This document shows, piece by piece, positions 23,678 through 33,197 of a stretch of DNA of 64,000 nt. A program made the translations under genes and the position numbers. Each line of letters opens with the position of its first letter. The first letter of the stretch is position 1. This DNA is from Mantamonas sphyraenae STR306 (Eukaryota; Protista; CRuMs), in assembly GCA_026936335.1 (NCBI GenBank), contig JAPMXV010000043.1, positions 248,001 through 312,000 of the forward strand, written 5' to 3'. The notes under the pieces are model-generated. The model was not told the origin of the DNA. It ran no database searches and saw only the letters and a list, made by a program, of their open reading frames with translations.

Positions 23678-24556
23678 ATGATCGACGAAGAGAACACCTT
23701 CCACGACGCTTTACTTCCCCAGGACAACTACGAGGAGCAGAAGGAGAGAGAGCGACGTGAACAACAACCACAGGAGCCGCTCCCGGATGCCAAGGCTACA
23801 CAAGCTGGTCCCCGAGTAGCAACCACGGGCGAGGACGTTGTCATCCCCCCTGAGGTGGAAGAAGAATGGGCCCGTCGTCGTGCTGAGAATGAGATCAACA
23901 AAGACGGTGTGGTCCTGAAAGAGGTCACGAACCAGCTGCGGGAGCAGTGCCATGGCGAGGAAAAATTCGTGAAAACACTTCGCTACTACTCCCGAGCAGA
24001 TGAGAGCCTGGAAAGGGCAAAAGAGCTCAAGGTGGCGTACATACTGCTAGCAGTGTTTGTGATGCTGCAAGCATTCACTGGTGCCGTAGGTATTGCTTTT
24101 TCCGTGCTGGGTTTGGTGTGCTGTGGGTACATGTTGTACGCACTCAGAGGTCAAAACCCGGCAGCGGCCAATACTGTGGCCAAAGATCGTACGGTGACCA
24201 AGAAGGAAGGGCCGTACATTCATGCCGCGGCGATTCAGGGGCGGCGGGATGACCCCACCCTGACCAACGCAAAACTGGTGCACTTTGAGCACGTGCTGCA
24301 CTACAACACAGTCAGCTCTGGCTGGGCAGCCTTCCATGCCAAATGGTACAAGATTGTAGCATACTGGGCGATCTTTCTGCAAATCATCGGAACCATTGTG
24401 GGAATAGCCACAGTAGCGTCCCCTCCAACAGAGCAACCATTCTTTTTCGGAACCGTTGTTTTTTCCGTGATGTGCTTCGTGTACGTTGTCCACGGATACA
24501 AGTACTGGGTGGCAAAGAATAAGGAAAACACGACGTACACGTTCGGGTGGAATTGA
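23678..24556 (+). CDS. Uncharacterised 4-TM membrane protein, copy A (292 aa)
   Basis: Acidic N-terminus and four hydrophobic segments. Paralogous to 30260-31138 and 36417-37283. Confidence 0.8.
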   Translation: MIDEENTFHDALLPQDNYEEQKERERREQQPQEPLPDAKATQAGPRVATTGEDVVIPPEVEEEWARRRAENEINKDGVVLKEVTNQLREQCHGEEKFVKTLRYYSRADESLERAKELKVAYILLAVFVMLQAFTGAVGIAFSVLGLVCCGYMLYALRGQNPAAANTVAKDRTVTKKEGPYIHAAAIQGRRDDPTLTNAKLVHFEHVLHYNTVSSGWAAFHAKWYKIVAYWAIFLQIIGTIVGIATVASPPTEQPFFFGTVVFSVMCFVYVVHGYKYWVAKNKENTTYTFGWN

Positions 24557-24731
24557 GGATGACCCTTGAGCTTGCTGTGAGGAAGTGAGGTGGCGGCGCG
24601 AGGGGAGGCGAGGCGACGAAGAAAGGGACCAATGAAGGATGAAGGCACTGCATGAGCATGTGCTGGGTCTGTATGCAGGAAAGGAGGGGGACGAGAGACT
24701 GGTCCTTCCATCAAAGCAGACGTTGCGGGAC

Positions 24732-27700
24732 TCAGGCACCGAATCCTCGCTCCTGTTCCACGCTTTCCTCGCTCCTGCCCACAACTTCTGACATGTCCAC
24801 TGTTCGCATTCTGTTCAGAAACTCAAACACTGCGGAGACCTCTTCGGGTGGGATGTCAACTTCGTTGCCGCCAGCGGAAAGTCCCGATGTGATTTGGTAC
24901 AACATCTTCTCCGTGTCCTCGAGGTGCTGCATCATCACACCGCGTTCACGCATGATTTTCTCATCCATCATCCAGCCCAAAGTCTTCTCATGATTCCTGC
25001 TCAATTGCTTCAAGGCCCGCTTGAACTGCTTGACGTTCACCTTGCTGTTCATCTCTTCCTTCAAACTGTCAATTTGCTCCTGTTGCGCTGTTTGCGTCAT
25101 AGTCAACGCCAAGTACAAGTCAGCCTCCCGCTCCAACTGGCTGGAGCTGTCAATGTTGACGCATTTCAGCTCGTGAACAATGCGTGAGAAAGTGGGCCGC
25201 TCTTTCGGATTTGTCTTCCAGCACTGGGTGATGATTGCCTCTGCCCACTTCGGGATTGTCCCGTCCTCCACGTATTCTTCCAGTTCCTCGCGTTCATCTT
25301 TGTTTTCCAGGAGCATCACCATCAATTCCGATTGCTCTATGTCTGACCATGGCCGTGTCTCAGTGAACAGTTCCCACAACAGCACACCGTAGGCAAACAC
25401 ATCCACCTCCCTGCCATACCTTCGAAGTCCCAACTTTTCGTGCGTCGAGCTTCCGTCTCCACCATCATCTGCATTGCTGCTGCTGTTGCTACTGCTGCTG
25501 CTGCTGCTGCTGCCGTTACTACTACTGCTACTGCTGCTGCTGCCTTGGCTCCGGTTCTTTCCTCGGCGCAAGGGACGACGGTTTCTGCTTTGCCCCAGCA
25601 TGAGCTCTGGAGCCATGTAGTGCCATGTGCCGGCAACGTTCAAAGTCTTTCCGCTCTTGGATGCCGAGATTTGCAGGCACATGGCCAACCCGAAATCGGC
25701 AACTCGGGCGACTCCATCGCCATCCAGCAGCACATTTCCGCTCTTGAGGTCACGATGAACCACATTCTGGCTATGAAGATACTCCATTCCGGATGCAATC
25801 TGGATAGCCATCGTGTGCTTCTGAGAATTGTTCAGAGGGCGGCGAAACTTGTGCAGAACATCTTCAAGGGATCCGTTTTCGCACAGTTCTGTGCAGATGC
25901 AAATGTGTCCTTCCTCCGCACAGACTCCAAGTAGTGGCAGCACGTACTTGTTGTTCATCTTGGCCATCGTTGTGACCTCTCGCTCAAAGTCAAGGACGCT
26001 GAACAAGTCTTCCGAGAACTGCTGCATGGTAAACATCTTGACAGCTACTTGCACACCATCTACAGTGCCCCTGTACACTTTACCTGTGGCACCTGTGCCC
26101 AGAAGCTTGCCAGAGTCGTACGTGATCGCATCCGCACTCTTCATCATATTCGTCCCGAGCAGCCGCTGCAGTCGATCTCGTGCTGTCAAGGCCTCATTAG
26201 GCTCGTTTGTTGCACTCATTGTGTCATCTGACTCTTCAGTAAGCTCACCTTGATCTTCACCTGCGCTGGTTCCTTCTAGGATTGCGAGAACGTCTTCGTG
26301 TCCGCCCATTTTGGCAAGCTGCACTGCGGTTTGACCGTGCGTACTGCACGCCTCCAAGTCTGCCCCGTAGTCCATGAGCACCCGTACAACCTTCCCCTTG
26401 CCCGCGTAAGCTGCCATCATCAACGCAGTGGCCTTGTCTTTGCGACCTTGATTTACGGAAGCACCTCGGCGGATCAACAACTCAACAGCCTCCACTTGGC
26501 CTTGCGAACTAGCATACATGAGAGCAGTTTGACCACGTCCCATGGTTCCGTTGGGATCGACGCGCCTGTCCAACATGCAATTCATCACCTCGAGATGGCC
26601 GAGGTACGCTGCCATGATGAACGGTGTCCACCCGTCGCTGGTTTGTCGATACACATGTGCTTTGTGCTCCATCAGAACTTCCACACACTTCGCATGATTC
26701 TTTGTGGCAGCCATGTGCATCGCCGTCCAACCCTTGTTGTCCACAGCGTTAACGTCCAGATCCAGCGCAATAAGCAGGGCAATGGTGTCCGCCTGTCCGT
26801 GCTGCGCAGCGGCCATCAGAGCTGTGTATCCATTGCGCTTCGTTGCAGTGACCTTTGCTCCTGCGCGAACAAGTGCGGCTATGCACCCAAGGCTTCCCAT
26901 AGCTGCAGCTGTCATCAAGGGTGTCTCACCGTCACTGTTGGTGTACCCACAATCTGCACCATTGGCCACCAGCATTCCTGCGCACTCCATATGCCTCCCT
27001 TGCCACGCAAGCACGAACGGGGTAACGTAGCGAGCCACGGTTGCCTCAGTCCTTGCCCCGGCCTTTACCAACATCTCAGCAACCTTTGTGTGACCGTTTT
27101 GGGCCGCAGAAAACAACGCTGTCCATCCGCTGCGCTTCCTTGCGTTTGGATCAACACCACTCAGCAGCATGATCGCCACGCACCCCTCATGTCCACCCAT
27201 TGCAGCAACCATGAGGGGTGTCCACTCTTCAAACCGAGCATCCAAAGAGGCCCCTGCTTGTACCAGCAATAGGAGACAGGTGCCTTCGCCGGCATTGCAG
27301 GCGGAAAACATCGCGTTCCACCCGTTGGGCTGGCATTTGTCCAGGGAGGCACCCGCTTCAATCAATGATGCCACAACTTCAGCTTGACCGCGTCGGGTGG
27401 CGTGCATGAGCACCGTTTCTCCATCGGGTGTTGATGCGTTCACGTTTGCTCCACCCTTGATAAGCTCGACCGCGCATCCCTGCTCCTCGTTGACGATCGC
27501 CATGATCAGGGGTGTCGCTCCGTTGGAGAACGCGGCGTCTGCTTTTGCTCCACGTTGTAGCATCATCCGCACCAAGTCACGGTGACCTTTCAACGTTGCA
27601 ATGCCAAGGGCAGTCGCGCTGTCGTTTCTGGCTTCCAACTCTAGGTTCGCATCCAAAAGGAGCAACCGCAGGCACTCCTTGTGTCCCTCCTGGCATGCAC

Positions 27701-29397
27701 TCATGGCTGCCGTCCAACCATCACTTTGTTTTGCGTTGGAATCCGCCCCTTCTGCGAGGAGAAAGGACACTATGTTGCTGTGTCCCTTGTGGCACGCAAA
27801 CATGAGGGCGTTCCATCCCTCTTCATCTTGATCGTGCACGTTCGAAACTTCCAGCAAAGACTTGACAATGCTCAAATGAGGCTCTTGACACGCTAACATC
27901 AGAGGCGTGCGCCCATTGGACATGGGGATGCGTCCGTTTGCCTGGTGTTTGACGAGCTCTTGAACACATTCAAGTGAGGAGCAAGACACGGCTATTCCCA
28001 GAGGAGTTCTTCCGTGTGTGTCTCGGTGGTCGACGTTTGCACCTGCGTCACACAGAACGCGGACAACGTGATCGTGGCCTCCATTCGATGCCAACGAGAG
28101 GGCTGTCCACGAGAGACCGTCGTTTGCCAGCTCCAGTGAGGCACCATGATCAAGCAGACACCTCACAGAATCAATGTCTCCCAGTGACGAGCTCCACATC
28201 AGGGCAGACCATCCGTGTTGCTGTGTTGCGTTCACATCCGCTTGCGCGTGGGCGAGGCACTGGACAGTCCCCGAGTGCCCATTCTCAGCTGCCAGAAGAA
28301 TGGCCGTGGCGCCTACATCTGTGGTTTCCCAGTTGAGCGTCGAATTGTCAAATGCCAGTAGTTCGATACAACATGTGCTGTGCCCTCCTGCGGCTGCCAA
28401 ATGCAAGGCAGTCCATCCTGTCTCAGATCGGATGGTGCCATCCGCACCCAACTCAATGAGGCACTTGACTACTTCTGTGTTTCCCAGTTTGGAAGCACGC
28501 ATCAGCGCAGTTAGACCGTCAACGTCCAAAGCGTCCACAGCTCCGCTTCGCAGAAGAAGTTGCGTGAGTTCCGAGTTTCCGTTGCCGGCGGCGACGGACA
28601 ACAAGGACACACCACCTGGACGAACCGATTGGGAGGGATCAGACCCCGATTGAATGAAACGGCTTGCAGCGTCGGCGTCGCCCAACAAAATTGCCCAGGG
28701 CAGACCCTCAGTTGCCCGCCTTTCGCATTCTTGGTACACGGTTCTGGCAGCATGAATGAGAGTGCTTGCATCTGAAGCATCGCCTTCGATGAAGTCTAGG
28801 ACGCCAGCGTGCAAGAGCGAAAGGCGGTCGTCCTTCACGTGACACAGAGAGGACACATGTCAGCGATGGTACTGCGTTCCAACGTATGTACTGCGCGCCG
28901 TATCCACGCAAAACACTTTGCAACATACCCTAGTCATGGATCCTCCATGCAGGATCACGAGCGGTGCTCGCAACTCGTCCGCTTGCAATTCGTCGGCAAC
29001 GGCCAAGATACCATCCAGAGAGCCCCTATCCCATTCCAAAATACTGCCAACGTGCGTTGTTGATGTCCGAGATGACCAAGGTCCCACAGTGAGCCGTGCA
29101 TCGATGCCGGAGAACTCGACTTGCAAGTGATCGACACCTTTCCACCCTTGATACATCAAGGCACGTCCCCAAAATCACGCAAACACCAAGGTGTCAGTTG
29201 TCAAGCTTCCCCTAGCCACAGCTCACAACCAACCTTGTTGGATGGTGGCGACCCGATTCGCGTCTGAAACGAGAATCTGCAAATGTAGACTCTTACAATG
29301 AGTGTCAGTTCACCCTGCCGCTCTCCAAGTGTGCTGCCCTGCTGACAACATCATGCGCTCTGGGGTGCGAGCTTACTCTTTCACTTTTGCGTGACAT
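24732..29397 (-). CDS. SPRY-like + about 24 ankyrin repeats + TKL protein kinase + helical C-terminal domain. Exons 29397-29377, 29276-29234, 29146-28929, 28832-24732.
   Basis: Ankyrin GWTALMxA repeats. Kinase motifs GTGATGKV, VAVK, HRDLKSGN, DFG, APE, DVFAYG. Three phase-compatible GT-AG introns with CTGAC branch points add MSRKSERILVSDANRVATIQQGWKGV. An alternative start is at 29475. The 5' exons are less certain than the ankyrin-kinase body. Confidence 0.85.
25476..25541. repeat. (CTG/CTA)n microsatellite encoding a poly-Ser insert in the kinase domain
   Basis: Directly visible trinucleotide run. Confidence 0.85.
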
Positions 29398-29504
29398 TGT
29401 CTTGGAAATGAGTTCCAAACTCTGCGAGAGGTCCCGTGCTTTTTCACTGCCACAAGAGGAGCAAGCAATTTTCATCCAAAATCGACAGCGAAAAATATCA
29501 GAGA

Positions 29505-30084
29505 CCTGGAAACCAAACAAGAACGAGAGGAACTGGAAGAATACGTGGAGGACGGGACAATCCCGAAGTGGGCAGAGGCAATCATCACCCAGTGCTGGAA
29601 GACAAATCCGAAAGAGCGGCCCACTTTCTCACGCATTGTTCACGAGCTGAAATGCGTCAACATTGACAGCTCCAGCCAGTTGGAGCGGGAGGCTGACTTG
29701 TACTTGGCGTTGACTATGACGCAAACAGCGCAACAGGAGCAAATTGACAGTTTGAAGGAAGAGATGAACAGCAAGGTGAACGTCAAGCAGTTCAAGCGGG
29801 CCTTGAAGCAATTGAGCAGGAATCATGAGAAGACTTTGGGCTGGATGATGGATGAGAAAATCATGCGTGAACGCGGTGTGATGATGCAGCACCTCGAGGA
29901 CACGGAGAAGATGTTGTACCAAATCACATCGGGACTTTCCGCTGGCGGCAACGAAGTTGACATCCCACCCGAAGAGGTCCCCGCAGTGTTTGAGTTTCTG
30001 AACAGAATGCGAACAGTGGACATGTCAGAAGTTGTGGGCAGGAGCGAGGAAAGCGTGGAACAGGAGCGAGGATTCGGTGCCTGA
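29505..30084 (+). pseudogene. Headless duplicate of the kinase 3' end (last ~190 codons)
   Basis: LETKQEREELEEYVEDG...RGFGA* matches the kinase C-terminus. It has no ankyrin or catalytic core, and there is an in-frame stop at 29392. Confidence 0.8.
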
Positions 30085-30259
30085 GTCCCGCAACGTCTGC
30101 TTTGATGGAAGGACCAGTCTCTCGTCCCCCTCCTTTCCTGCATACAGACCCAGCACATGCTCATGCAGTGCCTTCATCCTTCATTGGTCCCTTTCTTCGT
30201 CGCCTCGCCTCCCCTCGCGCCGCCACCTCACTTCCTCACAGCAAGCTCAAGGGTCATCC

Positions 30260-31138
30260 TCAATTCCACCCGAACGTGTACGTCGTGTTTTCCTTATTCT
30301 TTGCCACCCAGTACTTGTATCCGTGGACAACGTACACGAAGCACATCACGGAAAAAACAACGGTTCCGAAAAAGAATGGTTGCTCTGTTGGAGGGGACGC
30401 TACTGTGGCTATTCCCACAATGGTTCCGATGATTTGCAGAAAGATCGCCCAGTATGCTACAATCTTGTACCATTTGGCATGGAAGGCTGCCCAGCCAGAG
30501 CTGACTGTGTTGTAGTGCAGCACGTGCTCAAAGTGCACCAGTTTTGCGTTGGTCAGGATGGGGTCATCCCGCCGCCCCTGAATCGCCGCGGCATGAATGT
30601 ACGGCCCTTCCTTCTTGGTCACCGTACGATCTTTGGCCACAGTATTGGCCGCTGCCGGGTTTTGACCTCTGAGTGCGTACAACATGTACCCACAGCACAC
30701 CAAACCCAGCACGGAAAAAGCAATACCTACGGCACCAGTGAATGCTTGCAGCATCACAAACACTGCTAGCAGTATGTACGCCACCTTGAGCTCTTTTGCC
30801 CTTTCCAGGCTCTCATCTGCTCGGGAGTAGTAGCGAAGTGTTTTCACGAATTTTTCCTCGCCATGGCACTGCTCCCGCAGCTGGTTCGTGACCTCTTTCA
30901 GGACCACACCGTCTTTGTTGATCTCATTCTCAGCACGACGACGGGCCCATTCTTCTTCCACCTCAGGGGGGATGACAACGTCCTCGCCCGTGGTTGCTAC
31001 TCGGGGACCAGCTTGTGTAGCCTTGGCATCCGGGAGCGGCTCCTGTGGTTGTTGTTCACGTCGCTCTCTCTCCTTCTGCTCCTCGTAGTTGTCCTGGGGA
31101 AGCAAAACGTTGTCGAAGGTGTTCTCTTGGTTGATCAT
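30260..31138 (-). CDS. Uncharacterised 4-TM membrane protein, copy B (292 aa)
   Basis: Mirror of 23678-24556. N-terminus MINQENTFDNVLL vs MIDEENTFHDALL, plus one T/I change. Confidence 0.8.
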   Translation of the reverse strand: MINQENTFDNVLLPQDNYEEQKERERREQQPQEPLPDAKATQAGPRVATTGEDVVIPPEVEEEWARRRAENEINKDGVVLKEVTNQLREQCHGEEKFVKTLRYYSRADESLERAKELKVAYILLAVFVMLQAFTGAVGIAFSVLGLVCCGYMLYALRGQNPAAANTVAKDRTVTKKEGPYIHAAAIQGRRDDPILTNAKLVHFEHVLHYNTVSSGWAAFHAKWYKIVAYWAIFLQIIGTIVGIATVASPPTEQPFFFGTVVFSVMCFVYVVHGYKYWVAKNKENTTYTFGWN

Positions 31139-31278
31139 GGGTTAAAAAATGGCTTGCTTGCAACTGGGAACGACGAACGCCCTGCTTCCTCGTGTCATCG
31201 GGCATTCACATTGTCCTCACCCGTGGAGTGACGTTGTCCGGTTTCACGCCAAGTCATTTCTGCCGAGGCGAATCCATT

Positions 31279-33142
31279 ATGTGTCGCTCACTGTTTGAGA
31301 GGCTTCGATGGGCTTCCCAAGGGGCTGGTGTGTTGAAAGCACGGCGCCAGCCGGGCAAATACCAAAGCAACTCGTTTGTCTGTCACCACATGGACGTCGT
31401 ACTTACAATAGGCATGATTGTCAGCGTGGATGGCGATTGCAGAAAGGTTGCCGATGTTGTCCAGGAGATGTCGGATATGTACGAGCAGGTGCTGCAGGTT
31501 GACGGCGTTTCCGACCCTCAGCGACTAGCCATGTCCATCATCAAGCCCAGGTGGGTGCAATGTTCCATGGCTCCCATAGAGTTTTGTGCTGACACAGGAT
31601 CTGTTCGTCCATCACGATGGCTGGCAGACTGCGTCGATTGGCACAGTTGGTGACCCAGTTCCAGCTGGTCCATCTTCGGGCGCTGGAAAACAATGACGCC
31701 GAGTTGCTGGACCTAGACGCTGCAAACCGCGTGTACTCGCGCACCCATGATGTCATTCTCAGGGCTTCCGATGCTTCCATGATGTTGGATCAAACCGAGG
31801 CCGCTCTCTTTATGCAATACAAGGACGGCTTAGGTAAGGTCTACAGCCCTCAGGTGGCAGGTCACCACGCAGTGGACACCTATGGCCACCTGCCACTCAC
31901 GTTGCCCACGCTTCCCTTTCTTCCTCAAGCTACACTCGGCACACCACGATTGCTTACATCCAAGCGCTTGCGGACGCCTGCGCAGATGGTGTGATGGACA
32001 TCGCAGACGAGTTGGTACCCCTGTGCCAGGAGTTTGAATCGCAACTGCAATCCATGTCAATCCCTGACGACGTGAAAGATTTGCAACTAGCGGACTGGTT
32101 CGAGGAAAAGGTAAGGGGGCGTTGGGAGGACACTGGAACTGCCTTTGACGAGACTGTCGCCAAGACTGACCCACTGGCGAGCGACCTCCGCCTGGGACCG
32201 CACCGCAGTGCTCAGTAGATGAGTCACTAACGTCGTTGAACAAAGAAATACCGGTTCTTGAGGAGCAGACAGAGGTGGGTGAGCGGATTGTGTGCGGATG
32301 GGTGCGGATGGGATCGCGAGTGAGCAATTGTGAGCTCACCCAAAGGGCAGACAACCAGAGCGACACACCTTCAATTGCAAACGAGACTCACTGCAGTGTT
32401 GGCAAGGAAGCGCATCCTGGAAGACATGACCATCCCCGAGTGCAAAGAAAAAGTAGCCGAGGTCCAGAGCATCCTGGACAACGAGGAGAAGGAAGAAGAC
32501 AGCGAAGACAGCGACGACGATGATGACATCTTGTCATCCATTGACAATCGATTCCTGGTGCAGGCGAAGAAACGATTGGACACATTCCAAGCAATGCTGG
32601 ACGAAGCTCAAACGAAACTGCATGAGCACGAAAACATTGCCACGCGTCTGGAGGAAGAGGTCGCCATGGCGGACGATATGTATGCACTTTCGACGTGCAT
32701 GCTCAAAAACGCCACTCGTGTCAGAGAGCAGGACAACGCACGGGCACACGCCGTGACCACCCTCATTGGCCGTGCCATCCTTTCCAGCCTAAAGGGGACG
32801 CAAGGCCGTCTGGACGAGATTGGACGGCGCATGGGTGCTCAATCTGATGTCTCCGAGGATGTGCGGGCACTCGTCGAGGAACAAACCAAAGAGTTGGCAT
32901 CTGAGATGGCCGAACTCCGGTCTCAGCTCAACGACTTTCAAGGCGACGTCGTGTCGCTGCAGAAAAGCAAGCGCAAGATCGTCACAAAGCTCACGCGCAT
33001 CACTGGGGCCGTACTTGACGCCGAGTCCAGTACTGATGCGCTGTTGGCCCGCGTGCAAAGTCTGGAGGTGGGCCTAGCTGGCGCTTCGTCCTCCACGCCA
33101 GGAAGCGAAGGTCACATCACGAGCATACGCGTGGCATGTTGA
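31279..33142 (+). CDS. Coiled-coil protein, copy B (about 503 aa). Model exons 31279-31550, 31598-31833, 31965-32110, 32209-32274, 32351-33142.
   Basis: Four GT-AG introns give one continuous frame of 1512 nt. The intron 2 acceptor is the least certain. Resembles the post-ankyrin part of the 33198-36145 protein. Confidence 0.55.
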
Positions 33143-33197
33143 ATGATACGAATTTACAAACAGGAAACGTTGATAGCGTACAACGTTGCAGAATTGG

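Larger units (their letters stand above)
21518..25311. repeat. Left arm of a 3.8-kb inverted repeat
   Basis: Position x pairs with 54816-x (54815-x between two small indels). Mirrored ORFs 21674-22486/32330-33142 and 23678-24556/30260-31138. Confidence 0.97.

Noticed and set aside
29395-29504. Remnant kinase homology beyond the right arm (FTATR vs FTETR)
   Set aside because: The match is too short and offset by two residues, so it may be chance.
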